NCBI GenBank assembly: GCA_963847695.1
Contig: CAWKAX010000029.1
Span: 2,150-66,149, forward strand
DNA length: 64,000 bases
From: an uncultured Acidobacteriota bacterium
GTDB lineage: Bacteria; Acidobacteriota; Terriglobia; Acidiferrales; UBA7541
Direction of reading: 5' to 3'
Below are positions 8,901-19,219 of the stretch, piece after piece. Numbering within the stretch: position 1 is the first letter of the stretch; each line of letters starts with the position of its first letter. The notes under the pieces are model-generated. The model saw only the letters and a program-made list of their open reading frames with translations, made no database searches and was not told the DNA's origin. A program made the position numbers and the translations under genes.

Positions 8901-10514
8901 ATGGCTTGGACGTCGCACGCGTGTCTGAGCCATCCGTTCCGGCCACAACTTCGAAGCAGCCCGCGGCTTTCATCCTTCGTTGCGAAATTCCGGCCTGGTT
9001 CTTTCTTCCTGGCGATCTGCAAACTGCTGATTCAATTTGCCGGCATCAATCACTACGGATTTTTCCGCGACGAGCTGTATTACATGGCTTGCGGCGAGCA
9101 TCTGGCGTGGGGGTATGTCGATCAGCCGCCGTTGATCGCGCTGGTCGCGTGGGCGGCGCGGCATCTCGGTTTTAATTCATCATTTGGGACTTCGCTGTTC
9201 GCTACGCGTTTGTTTCCGGCGTTGGCCGGGGCAGCGATCGTTTACTGCACCGGGCGGCTGGCGCGGGAACTCGGCGGCGGAGCGCTGGCGGAATTTCTGG
9301 CGGCGCTGATGATGCTGCTGGCGCCGGCATATCTGGCGTTCGATAGCTTTCTTTCGATGAACGCGTTTGAGCCGCTGTTTTGGCTGGCCTGTGCGTGGAT
9401 CGCGATTCGCATCGTGAAGGGCGCCGACCCGCGCTGGTGGCTGGCCTTCGGCGCGATCGCCGGCGTGGGCCTGGAGAACAAGCACACCATGCTGGTTTTT
9501 GGGTTTGCGCTGGTGGCTGGGCTGGTGATTTCCGGGCACGCGCGAATGTTGGCTTCGAAATGGATTTGGATTGCGGGCGTGGTGGCGTTCGCGCTGTTCC
9601 TGCCGAATCTGCTGTGGGAGGCGCACCACGGCTGGCCGCAGATCGAAGTGGTGCGCAACGGGCAGGCTTTCAAAATCCTGCACATTTCGCCCTGGCAATT
9701 TATTTTTGAGCAGGTTTTGTTCATGCAGCCGCTGGCGCTGCCGGTTTGGCTGGCGGGGCTGGGTTGGTATTTTTTCAGCGCGGCGGGGAAGTCGTTTCGA
9801 TTTTTGGGCTGGGCCTATTTGCTGGTGATGGCGATTTTCATCGCGTTCGACGGGAAGTCGTATTACGCGCTGCCGGTTTATCCGGTTTTGGTGGCGGCGG
9901 GCGGCGTCGCGTTCGAAGGATATTTCGCGGCTCGGGCGCAGCGGCGTTGGCAGGCGGTGGGTTACGCGGCGTTGATGATCGTGGTGGGGGCGTTCACGCT
10001 GCCGTTCGGCGTGCCGGTGTTGCCGGTCGATACGTTCATCAAATATTCGAATTTGCTGCCGTATGCGAAGTCGGTGAAGACCGAACGCGACGAGCCGACC
10101 GAATTGCCGCAGCTTTATGCCGATATGTTTGGCTGGGACAACATGGCGCGGCAGGTGGCGCGCGTTTACAAAGGCTTGCCGCCTGGCGAGCGCGAGAATT
10201 GCGCGATTCTGGCGGGGAATTATGGGGAAGCGGGCGCGATCGACATGTATGGTCCGGCGTTGGGGCTGCCGAAAGCGATCAGCGGGCATAACAGTTATTT
10301 TGACTGGGGGCCGCGGCAGTATACGGGCGAGTGCGTGATTGTGTTTGGCGAGCGGGCGGACGAGTTTAAGGATCTTTTTGCGGAGTCGAAGTTTGCTGGG
10401 ACGATTACGAATTCGTATTCGGCTGTGGCGGAGCGGAACGTACATGTTTATGTTTGCCGTCGATCGGTGGCGCCGCTGGCGGAGCTTTGGGCGAAGTTCA
10501 AGATGATTATTTGA
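8901..10514 (+). CDS. glycosyltransferase family 39 (ArnT/PMT-like) integral membrane protein
   Basis: Multi-TM ORF with the FRDELYYMACGEHLAWGYVDQPPL motif typical of PMT_2/GT39. The ORF opens at 8733; I chose the ATG at 8901 as the first one past the upstream gene. The start is uncertain. Confidence 0.75.
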   Translation: MAWTSHACLSHPFRPQLRSSPRLSSFVAKFRPGSFFLAICKLLIQFAGINHYGFFRDELYYMACGEHLAWGYVDQPPLIALVAWAARHLGFNSSFGTSLFATRLFPALAGAAIVYCTGRLARELGGGALAEFLAALMMLLAPAYLAFDSFLSMNAFEPLFWLACAWIAIRIVKGADPRWWLAFGAIAGVGLENKHTMLVFGFALVAGLVISGHARMLASKWIWIAGVVAFALFLPNLLWEAHHGWPQIEVVRNGQAFKILHISPWQFIFEQVLFMQPLALPVWLAGLGWYFFSAAGKSFRFLGWAYLLVMAIFIAFDGKSYYALPVYPVLVAAGGVAFEGYFAARAQRRWQAVGYAALMIVVGAFTLPFGVPVLPVDTFIKYSNLLPYAKSVKTERDEPTELPQLYADMFGWDNMARQVARVYKGLPPGERENCAILAGNYGEAGAIDMYGPALGLPKAISGHNSYFDWGPRQYTGECVIVFGERADEFKDLFAESKFAGTITNSYSAVAERNVHVYVCRRSVAPLAELWAKFKMII

Positions 10515-10675
10515 GTCGGGTCGGAGGCTGGCTTCGCGTTTCAGGCTGGGCAAGAAGGAGATCCTTCGTCGCGAAGAGCGCTCCTCTGGACGACGGCCAA
10601 GTACGGGTGGTTGGCAGGACTGTCAGGCTAGGAGAAGAGGATCGTTCGCCGTTCGGCTGACGGAAGACGGTGCTT

Positions 10676-10728
10676 AGCGGCTGAAGCCGCTCGTTGTGGC
10701 GCATTCTTTGGTGCGGCTGAAGCCGTGT
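10676..10728. repeat. pair of REP-like GGCTGAAGCC hairpins
   Basis: AGCGGCTGAAGCCGCT (10676-10691) and GCGGCTGAAGCCGT (10713-10726, arms extendable with G-U pairs). Both lie in the 234-nt spacer between convergent genes. Confidence 0.6.
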
Positions 10729-10748
10729 CCTGAAGAAAACGAAACTGC

Positions 10749-11420
10749 CTAGTGCAATGGCGCGTGTTTCGGGTTGCGGGCCACTCGTTCCAGAGTGATG
10801 ACGTCGATGCCGGAAGAAACGAGGCGGTGGCCGATTTCGGAGTCGGTTTTCTGGGCCATGGCCAGCAGCAGACACTCGCAGGTCAGGATTGGGATCAGGC
10901 GGTCTTCGATCAGATCGTGAGCCGGGGCGATTTCTTCGGCGCGCTGAAAAATCGCGCGAAGTTCGGCTGAAGGCGCCAAGTCTTTGCTGACGGTTTTCAC
11001 GTTTTTTGACGGACGCAGCCATTTCCAGGGGCCCGGTTGCGGGTCGCCATTGCGTTGGTGGTCGTAGAACTGAATCCAGTGATGCCAGCGCTGCGGGCTG
11101 ATTCGGCAGATTTGCTGTAGGTATTCTTCGATTTTGACTTCGTCTTCCCAATATTTCGAAAGGCGCTCCCAGTCGTAGATGTACATTCCGGCCAGCAGGT
11201 CGGAAACTTCGATGGCTTGCGCGGCGCGGCTTTGAGCCAGCATGGTCGCCAGAGTTTCGGCGCGGGAAAGATCTTTGGTCAGGCGATGCTCGACGGTTTT
11301 TTCAGGGGCGAGTTTTCGCGCGCCATTGGTGCTGGAGCGGCCCGGTGCGCGACCGGACGGTCGGTTTCGGGTCGGTCTTGCGGCGCGCAGGTTTTCCTTT
11401 CTTTCGCCCAAAATTCCCAT
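10749..11420 (-). CDS. hypothetical protein with Clp N-terminal (Clp_R)-like repeats
   Basis: The ORF is open up to 12026, but that upstream part overlaps the opposite-strand lipocalin-like gene. I chose the ATG at 11420 (MGILGERKE...). The C-terminal segment LLLAMAQKTDSEIGHRLVSSGIDVITLERV resembles Clp_N repeats. This is a weak functional call. Confidence 0.5.
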   Translation of the reverse strand: MGILGERKENLRAARPTRNRPSGRAPGRSSTNGARKLAPEKTVEHRLTKDLSRAETLATMLAQSRAAQAIEVSDLLAGMYIYDWERLSKYWEDEVKIEEYLQQICRISPQRWHHWIQFYDHQRNGDPQPGPWKWLRPSKNVKTVSKDLAPSAELRAIFQRAEEIAPAHDLIEDRLIPILTCECLLLAMAQKTDSEIGHRLVSSGIDVITLERVARNPKHAPLH

Positions 11421-11642
11421 CGTCTGAGGGAGGACTCCTGAATTAATTTTAACAGAGCCGTTAACCGCGAATTTTGTAATCTGGCGGAGGCACTTTCCGA
11501 TTGGATATGGGGTATTGAACCGGGGCACGCGAGGTTGTACTTTATTACAATCGGTTGTTAAAGTCGGCGTCCGGCAGACGGCCGGTTGACTCGTTTGATG
11601 ACTTAGCAGTAGAAAATTACTATCGATTCGGAAGGCGCGCGC

Positions 11643-12095
11643 ATGCTGCAAAGCGATACTCACTCGACCGTAACGGCTTCCAGCTCCGGCATCCGGCAAC
11701 AATTTATCGGTACCTGGCGGCTGGTCTCGATTGAATCGGCGGAATCGCGGCTGTTTGGCGATCGCCCGGTGGGCATGTTGATGTACGACGCGGACGGAAA
11801 CGTCGCGGTGCAGATCATGCGGAATCCGCGGCCGGATTTGGCGGGCGGGCCGGCGTTTCCTCCGGCGAAGGAAGTGCAGGTCGCGTACAAGGGCTACTAC
11901 GCGTACTACGGAACCTGGGAAGTGGACGAGCGCAAGGGCATCATCACGCATCATCTGGAAGGCAGCTTGCGCCCTGGAGATGTGGGCAAGGATTTTGTGC
12001 GCGCTTACAAATTTACCGGGAACCAACTGGCTTTGACGCCGGTGGAAGATCTGGCCGCTAGCAATTCCTGCCTGACTTGGGAACGCGCGAAGTAA
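11643..12095 (+). CDS. lipocalin-like domain protein
   Basis: 150-aa ORF. FIGTWRLVS..., GMLMYDADGNVAVQIM and YYAYYGTWEVDERKGIITHHLEGS are characteristic of the bacterial lipocalin-like family. Confidence 0.65.
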   Translation: MLQSDTHSTVTASSSGIRQQFIGTWRLVSIESAESRLFGDRPVGMLMYDADGNVAVQIMRNPRPDLAGGPAFPPAKEVQVAYKGYYAYYGTWEVDERKGIITHHLEGSLRPGDVGKDFVRAYKFTGNQLALTPVEDLAASNSCLTWERAK

Positions 12096-12122
12096 AAGCG
12101 CGCGACGCCCTCCGCGAGAAGG

Positions 12123-12869
12123 TCAACGCCGGGCGGGCCAAGCGTCCCACTTGGCCATGCTGATCCCCATTACCGCCAGCCACAGGCTACTCAGTCCTTC
12201 TCCCGGCAAACACGGATAAATGATGTAGGGATAGATGCGCGCGTCCAATGCAGGTGCGAGGAAACTAAGGAACCCGTGGGTGAAATAGCAGAGGCCGGAA
12301 AGCGCGAGCATCGCGCCTAGAATTCGCGGGATGAAGGCCGATCGGAAAAATTGAAAGCCGCCGGTGATTTCTTCGACTCCGTAGAAAACCCAGGAAAGCA
12401 GGAGGGCGTTCTCCTGCAGGTGCGTTGCGAGATTCAGCAGATGGTGAACCTGCTCCGAACTGAATCCGGCCAAGGCCGGGCTGGCCGCGCTATCGATGGC
12501 CAGTTGCAGCGGGATGCAGGCCGCGAGCAAGGCGACGGCTTCGACGGCGATGCCAATGATTCCGGCGCAGAAGGTGATGCCGGCGACGATCGAATTCACG
12601 CGGCGCAGCAAGATGAAGGTGATGACTTCGCCGGGGATATTGAGCACCAACTCGAACAGGTGCGCGGAGAGGCCGGCGCGAAACAGGCTTTCGTGCGCAG
12701 CGATGTTCTGGAGGGTTAAGGCAGCGTTTCCGGCGACAACCAAGTGGGGTTGCACGTAGCCGATGTCGAAGGCTCCGGTGACGATGCCGGCCAAGCCGAT
12801 ACATCCGAGAATTCTAGCGAGGAGCTGAGGAGAGAATCCTTCAGCGGTGGTGGTCGGGGTCATGCACAC
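12123..12869 (-). CDS. DUF4386-like integral membrane protein
   Basis: 248-aa ORF with about 6 TM segments. The N-terminal ARILGCIGLAGIVTGAF...NIAAHESLFRAGL pattern is typical of DUF4386. Confidence 0.55.
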   Translation of the reverse strand: MCMTPTTTAEGFSPQLLARILGCIGLAGIVTGAFDIGYVQPHLVVAGNAALTLQNIAAHESLFRAGLSAHLFELVLNIPGEVITFILLRRVNSIVAGITFCAGIIGIAVEAVALLAACIPLQLAIDSAASPALAGFSSEQVHHLLNLATHLQENALLLSWVFYGVEEITGGFQFFRSAFIPRILGAMLALSGLCYFTHGFLSFLAPALDARIYPYIIYPCLPGEGLSSLWLAVMGISMAKWDAWPARR

Positions 12870-12940
12870 TCCCGTGATTGGTGAGCGCAGACTGTATCAC
12901 ATGGTTCCTACGCGCAAATTCGCAGGAATGTTTCGATAAA

Positions 12941-12986
12941 AAAGCCGCAGAATCTGCCGAAAGTTCGGCAGGCCTGCGGCTTTTTG
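12941..12986 (-). terminator. rho-independent terminator 3' of mdh
   Basis: Nested stems GCCGCAG/CTGCGGC (12944-12950 / 12974-12980) and CTGCCGA/TCGGCAG (12954-12960 / 12965-12971). Flanked by A-run and T-run. Confidence 0.65.
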
Positions 12987-13011
12987 GTTTCTGCGAAACA
13001 GTGTCCGAGTA

Positions 13012-13951
<940 letters not shown>

Positions 13952-13998
13952 TCCGTCCCCTTGATTATGAAATGTGAGATTTTGTCGCTTGGCCGAAA

Positions 13999-15424
13999 CT
14001 AATCCGCGCCGGCCGAAGCCTGCATGTTCTGAATGATCGCCGCCGCGTATTCCGAGGTCTTCAGTTTTTTCGCGCCGGGCATCAAGCGTTCCAGGTCGTA
14101 GGTGACTTTTTTCTGCTGGATGGTGCGGGCGATGCCGTTTTCGATTAGCTGCGAGACTTCTTTCCAGCCCATGAATTCGAACATCATGGCGCCGGAGAGC
14201 ATCACCGAGCTGGGATTGATGACGTCCTTGTCCGCATATTTCGGCGCGGTTCCGTGGGTGGCTTCGAAGACGCCGAAACCGTCGCCGATATTGGCGCCGG
14301 GAGCCATGCCGAGGCCGCCGACCTGCGCGGCGCAGGCGTCGGAGAGGTAATCGCCGTTCAGGTTGGGCGTGGCGAAGACCTGATATTCATCGGCGCGCGT
14401 CAGAACTTGTTGAAACACGGAATCGGCGATGCGGTCGTTAATCAATATCTTTTTCTTCCACTGACCGTTGCCGTGCGATTCGTACAGGGTGTCGAGCACG
14501 CGCTTCACTTCGGCGTGGAGCTGTTTGCGGAATTCGTCGGTGGCTTGGTCGAGACCAGGTTCGATGGCTTCGGCGTTGGCTTCGATGGTGATGTCCGGAT
14601 TGGCGTCCTTGTTGCCGAGTATCCAGCTCTCGCGTTCGGTGACGACGTACGGGACGAAATTCCTGGGTGGCCAGTTCGTAGCCCCAATCGCGGAAGGCGC
14701 CTTCGGTAAATTTCTGAATGTTGCCCTTGTGAACCAACGTCACGATGGTCCGTTGATTATCCAGCGCGTAGACGATGGCGCGGCGCACCAGGCGCTTGGT
14801 GCCGGTGGGAGACATGGGCTTGATGCCGATGCCGGAATCTTCGCGGATTTTCTTGGTGGTGCCTTTCAGCATTTCGTCGTTGAGGTAGGCGATCAGTTTT
14901 TTCACTTCGGCGGAGCCGGAGCGCCACTCGATTCCGGCGTAAACGTCTTCGGTGTTCTCGCGGAAGATGACTACGTTCATGCGCTGCGGTTCGCGAACCG
15001 GGGAAGGCACGCCTTCGAAGTAGCGAACCGGGCGCACGCAGGAATACAGATCGAGGACCTGGCGTAGGGTTACGTTCAGGGAACGAATGCCGCCGCCTAC
15101 CGGAGTGGTCAGCGGGCCTTTGATAGCGACGCGAAAATCGCGGATGGCGTCGACGGTGTCCTGCGGCAGCCATTCGTGGAACTGGCGATGCGCTTTCTCT
15201 CCGGCGAAAATTTCCAGCCATTCGACTTTGCGTTTGCCGCCGTAGGCCTTTTCTACCGCGGCGTCAAAAACGGCGCGCGAGGCTTTCCAAATGTCGCGGC
15301 CCGTGCCATCGCCTTCGATGAAGGGAATAATCGGGCGGTCGGGAACGCGGAACATTCCGTCGCCGCTGTATTCGATGGTCGCGCCCTGCGCTGGAACTTC
15401 GACGCCGTTGTAAGACTTCTTCAT
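13999..15424 (-). pseudogene. icd: NADP-dependent isocitrate dehydrogenase, one frame disruption
   Basis: N-terminal 240 aa are conserved ([34 protein letters not shown]). The frame breaks near 14650-14660 after ATQEFR. It resumes as [10 protein letters not shown]...[27 protein letters not shown]...THGTAPKYA to the stop at 13999. Confidence 0.85.
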
Positions 15425-15572
15425 GGCCTCACGTCTCCCGTGGTTCGACTGTGGGCGAAAAAAGACGCCCGCAAATGCCCGTTTGCAAACAAATTACAGT
15501 AGCACAAGAGATAGGGCGCGCTCTAGCCCAAGGAGATAGCGGCCAGAAGGGCTGCGGCCGGCGCGGGCAGGA

Positions 15573-16007
15573 TTATGCTCGATCGGAGATAAACGCCGCG
15601 TGAACGCGGGATTCGTCGTGGGTCAGGCGGTCCGGCATGACGAAGTTTTCGCGGGCGGCGGCGGAGTCGAGGGTTTCGGTCGCGTAATATTTGGCAAGGA
15701 TCGGATTTTTTCGATCCAGTAGGTCCGGATTGTTCTGTTTGAATTCCGCCCAGGTAGCTGCACTTCTAGCGATCAGTCGTTCTTGAATTAGAAACAGGTA
15801 GGCCCAGGAAACAGTCTGGTGATACAGGCCGGTTTTCCCATTCGCTGCGGCGAATTTTCGCAGATTAGCGGGGAATCGCGCCAGGACGTCGAGTAACGGG
15901 TGCCGGCGCAGATAAAGATAGGCCACCCGGACATGTTCTTCGTGCCGGAAACTGGCCAACGGCAGGGAACAGTCTTCGAATTTCTGCAGCAGGTCTTCAT
16001 CGCGCAA
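15573..16007 (-). CDS. conserved hypothetical protein (last gene of the RHH-DoxX operon)
   Basis: The ORF is open to 16106, but that part overlaps the DoxX gene. The likely start is the TTG at 16007 (LRDEDLLQKFEDCSLPL...). No recognisable domain. Confidence 0.45.
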   Translation of the reverse strand: MRDEDLLQKFEDCSLPLASFRHEEHVRVAYLYLRRHPLLDVLARFPANLRKFAAANGKTGLYHQTVSWAYLFLIQERLIARSAATWAEFKQNNPDLLDRKNPILAKYYATETLDSAAARENFVMPDRLTHDESRVHAAFISDRA

Positions 16008-16365
16008 TTTCGTTCTCCGGCTTGCGTCGCGCGAGGTTGGAGATGCAGGCGAACGTGGCTGCAGCATAGATGAGCAGGTCACCGCGGAAATCGCCTTGCA
16101 GTCCATGAAATGCGAAGGCGACGGCGAAGACCGCGAGCAGAATCCATCCGCCGGCGACCAGGGTTTGCGGCAGCAGGAAGAGAAGGGCGCCGATGGCTTC
16201 GACGCTGCCCAGCACTAGCGCGATCCAGGCGTGGATTCCCTGGTGGCCCGCGTCGTGGATCTCCGGATAGGCCCGCCAGACCGTCTGAACGGAGGCGATA
16301 GCGATCACGATTCCGAGTGTCCACTGCAAAAGCTGCATCGGACGATTCAGCGATGAGGTGGTCAT
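15997..16365 (-). CDS. DoxX family membrane protein
   Basis: Start MTTSSLNRPMQLLQW is preceded by GGAGAGG. It has 4 TM segments in the DoxX-like pattern (ALVLGSVEAIGALLFLLPQT...). Confidence 0.65.
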   Translation of the reverse strand: MTTSSLNRPMQLLQWTLGIVIAIASVQTVWRAYPEIHDAGHQGIHAWIALVLGSVEAIGALLFLLPQTLVAGGWILLAVFAVAFAFHGLQGDFRGDLLIYAAATFACISNLARRKPENEIAR

Positions 16366-16393
16366 GATTTTCCTCTCCGGTGGCGCGGTGTGC

Positions 16394-16672
16394 TCACGCC
16401 TTTCGCGCTTTTGGCAGTTGCCGCTCTTGCAGGCGATGGCTGGCGCGGGCATCGAGATGCAGACCGTAAAACTTTTTCAGGCTTTTGATCCGATCGAGAG
16501 ATTCCTTCTCGAATGGGGATTTGCCTTCGAAGGCGTGCAGGACGATGCCTTCGAGCAGGTCGCCCAGGGTCATGTCGCGCAATTCAGCGAAAGCTTTTAA
16601 CACCTTGAGTAAACGTTTTTCCATGCGCACGCCGGTTTGCACTCGTTCGATTAAGTATTCTGCGCGCTTCAT
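16394..16672 (-). CDS. small ribbon-helix-helix-like protein (putative DNA-binding)
   Basis: The ATG at 16672 is preceded by GGAG with a 6-nt gap. TGVRMEKRLLKVLKAFAELRDMTLGDLLEGIVLHAF fits a strand-helix-helix layout. The functional call is inferred. Confidence 0.45.
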   Translation of the reverse strand: MKRAEYLIERVQTGVRMEKRLLKVLKAFAELRDMTLGDLLEGIVLHAFEGKSPFEKESLDRIKSLKKFYGLHLDARASHRLQERQLPKARKA

Positions 16673-16848
16673 CTTCAGCTCCTTCCGCATTGTGGTACCA
16701 GTGTACCACGGTACATCTCATCGCACAACGCGAGCGGCCCACTCCATGCCGCGAATCGCGTATACGGGAAAAACCCTACGGGGACTTTCTTGACGCTTCC
16801 GCAGGCGGCCCGTAGCATGTTTGTGGATCTGAATTTCGGAGGCCACTC

Positions 16849-17457
16849 ATGAGTTCAAGGGCTAGGTTGCGAAACCGTGTGTTTCTGGCGGGGTGGGCAC
16901 TGCTCGCGGGTGCCTCCGCTGCGTCATGGGCTGCGGCGAGGCAGGTCGTAGCGGCCGCTGGACAATCGCAAGCGCCGGCAAAGACGGAGAAGCCGTTTCA
17001 ACTGATCAGCGCCTCGTTCGATGCCGACGCGGCGATTCCGCTGAAATACGCCTGTTCTGGCGCGAACGTGTCGCCGGCGCTCGCCTGGACCGATCCGCCG
17101 TCAAACACGCAAAGCTTCGCGCTGATTGTTGACGATCCCGATGCGGCCTCGGCCACGCCGGTCGTGCACTGGTTAATTTACGCGATTCCTGCCACGCAAC
17201 GATCGCTGGCTGAAGACACGCCGAAGAAAGGCACGGTGCCGGGCGGTGCGCGCCAAGGGAAAAATTCAGCAGGGAAGCTCGGTTACTCCGGCCCGTGTCC
17301 TGATCCTGGCAAGGTTCATCACTATTTTTTCAAGCTATACGCGCTCGATTACGTGCCGGACTTGAAAGCCAAAGCCAAGGCAGAAGATGTGCGGAACGCG
17401 GTGAAGGGGCACGCCACCGCCGAGGCAGAGTTGATTGGCCGATTCCAGCGCGAATAG
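16849..17457 (+). CDS. YbhB/YbcL family phosphatidylethanolamine-binding (Raf kinase inhibitor-like) protein, secreted
   Basis: Signal peptide, then SPALAWTDPP, FALIVDDPDA, HWLIY and GYSGPCPDPGKVHHYFFKLYALD, the PEBP signature. Confidence 0.85.
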   Translation: MSSRARLRNRVFLAGWALLAGASAASWAAARQVVAAAGQSQAPAKTEKPFQLISASFDADAAIPLKYACSGANVSPALAWTDPPSNTQSFALIVDDPDAASATPVVHWLIYAIPATQRSLAEDTPKKGTVPGGARQGKNSAGKLGYSGPCPDPGKVHHYFFKLYALDYVPDLKAKAKAEDVRNAVKGHATAEAELIGRFQRE

Positions 17458-17680
17458 ACTGATTCGGGGATTCTTAACGTTCCGTATCGGTGCAATTGGG
17501 CAGAGCCCGCATCGCCAGACTTTCGTTATCGATTCCATCCAAAATCTTGTTGGATTTCCGCCATTTTGGGATTTGACGCTCGGAAGCGGCACGCGATACG
17601 CTACGCACCGCAATCGTGCTGCGGCGGCCAGAATCCGCCCGCGCCGATTCGCCGAGACCCACTCTTATTTCAGGAGCCTC

Positions 17681-19114
17681 ATGAGCGCAGAACTTCGCAA
17701 CTATCTGGCGATTCCTTACGAACAGCTCGAAGAAATGAATTTGAAGATCAAGGAGCAGCGCAAGAACCGCGTTGCGGCGCACAAGATTCAGGAAGAACGC
17801 GTCAAGTACCTGACCGACGAGAAGCGCATTAAGGCGGTCACAGTCCTCTTCAGCGACCTGGAAGGCCGGCTGCACATGCTGGACTACGACAAGAAATTCC
17901 TGGTGAAGAGCTGGGACAACTTGACGTTTGATGGCTCGTCGATCCGCGGCTTTACCGCGCAGCGCGAAAGCGACCTGCGCCTTTCGATGGATTGGAGCGC
18001 TTTTTATCATGCGCCCTCCGATGTTTTCGGCTCCGGTAAAGTTTTGATTTTCGGCCAAGTGATCGATAAGGACGGCTCGCCCTACAGCGCGGACATTCGC
18101 GGCGTGCTGAAGACTTTCGCGGACGAGGCGCACAAGAAACACGGGTTCACCCTGAACGCCGCGAACGAAATTGAAGGTTTTCTGTTCAATGGCGCGGACG
18201 CCGAAGCGCGCTACAACGAAACTGGCAAATTCGAATATGTGAATACCGGTGGATACTACCATTCGCTGCCGGGCGATCCGCTGCGCATGTTCATCGACAC
18301 CACCGCGGAAGTGCAGCGTGCGATGGGATTCCAAAACGAAAAGGACCATCCGGAAGTGGCGCCGTCACAATTTGAAATCAACTACGGCTATGGCGAGGTG
18401 GTCGCGGCCGCGGACCAGATCCAGCTTTACAAATTAATTTGCCGGCAAGTCGCAACGCGCATGGGGCTGACCGCAAGCTTCCTACCCAAGCCGGTGGTGG
18501 GTGTGAATGGCAACGGCATGCACACCAACGTTTCGATCAGCACCAAAGATGGGAAGAACACGTTTTGGGATCCGAAAGGTGAGGAGAAACTCAGCAAGCC
18601 CGGCTGGTCGTTCATCGACCGCATTTTGACCCATGCGAACGATATTTGTTTGATGCTCAATTCCAGCGTTAATGCGTATCGACGGCTGGACCCGCATTTT
18701 GAAGCGCCGAACCAGATCAAGGCCTCGCCGGTGGATCGCGGTTCGATGATTCGCATTCCGATCGGCAATGAGAAAAGTTCGCGCGTAGAAGTGCGGTCGG
18801 TCGCGCCGGATGCGAATCCATACATGGTGATGTACTCGATCTTCAAGTCGGGGCTGGAAGGCGAAACTTCCAAGATCAAGAATCTGCGGCAGGCGGAACG
18901 GTATTTGCCGGACAACATCTATACGGCGATTACGGATTTCCGCAAGGCCGAGTGGACTTCGAAGATTCTGGGCGAAGACGTCAAGGGTCGCTACGCGGAC
19001 TTGAAACAGGCTTCGGCGGATCGCTGTTCGCGCCTGCTCGGGACTTTCGTCAAGGTGCCGGAAGTTCAATACCACCACGAAGTCTATAACCAGTATTTGT
19101 GGAACCAGTTCTAG
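17681..19114 (+). CDS. glnA: glutamine synthetase family protein
   Basis: The ATG at 17681 is preceded by CAGGAG. Motifs: FSDLEGRLHML, EVAPSQFEINYGY, NGNGMHTNVSI, NAYRRL, RIPIGNEKSSRVEVRSVAPDANPY. Confidence 0.85.
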   Translation: MSAELRNYLAIPYEQLEEMNLKIKEQRKNRVAAHKIQEERVKYLTDEKRIKAVTVLFSDLEGRLHMLDYDKKFLVKSWDNLTFDGSSIRGFTAQRESDLRLSMDWSAFYHAPSDVFGSGKVLIFGQVIDKDGSPYSADIRGVLKTFADEAHKKHGFTLNAANEIEGFLFNGADAEARYNETGKFEYVNTGGYYHSLPGDPLRMFIDTTAEVQRAMGFQNEKDHPEVAPSQFEINYGYGEVVAAADQIQLYKLICRQVATRMGLTASFLPKPVVGVNGNGMHTNVSISTKDGKNTFWDPKGEEKLSKPGWSFIDRILTHANDICLMLNSSVNAYRRLDPHFEAPNQIKASPVDRGSMIRIPIGNEKSSRVEVRSVAPDANPYMVMYSIFKSGLEGETSKIKNLRQAERYLPDNIYTAITDFRKAEWTSKILGEDVKGRYADLKQASADRCSRLLGTFVKVPEVQYHHEVYNQYLWNQF

Positions 19115-19219
19115 GGTTAACGCAAAGCTCGTGTGGGGAGCGGCCTGGTTGGCTGTCTAAGCCGCTCCTCGATTTTCTCTGCGAAGTTTAATACTCTCGA
19201 TGTCCATGAGAGCCCGCCG

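Noticed and set aside
10749-12026. Full-length 425-aa ORF on the minus strand
   Set aside because: Its upstream 200 codons overlap the convincing lipocalin-like gene on the plus strand and have biased Arg/Pro/His composition. Only the part downstream of the ATG at 11420 looks like real protein.
17587-17602. CGGCACG-N4-ACGCT upstream of glnA, considered as a sigma-54 promoter
   Set aside because: It lacks the TGGCAC and TTGC consensus dinucleotide context (GG/GC spacing is right, but the -12 element is ACGC). That is too weak to call.
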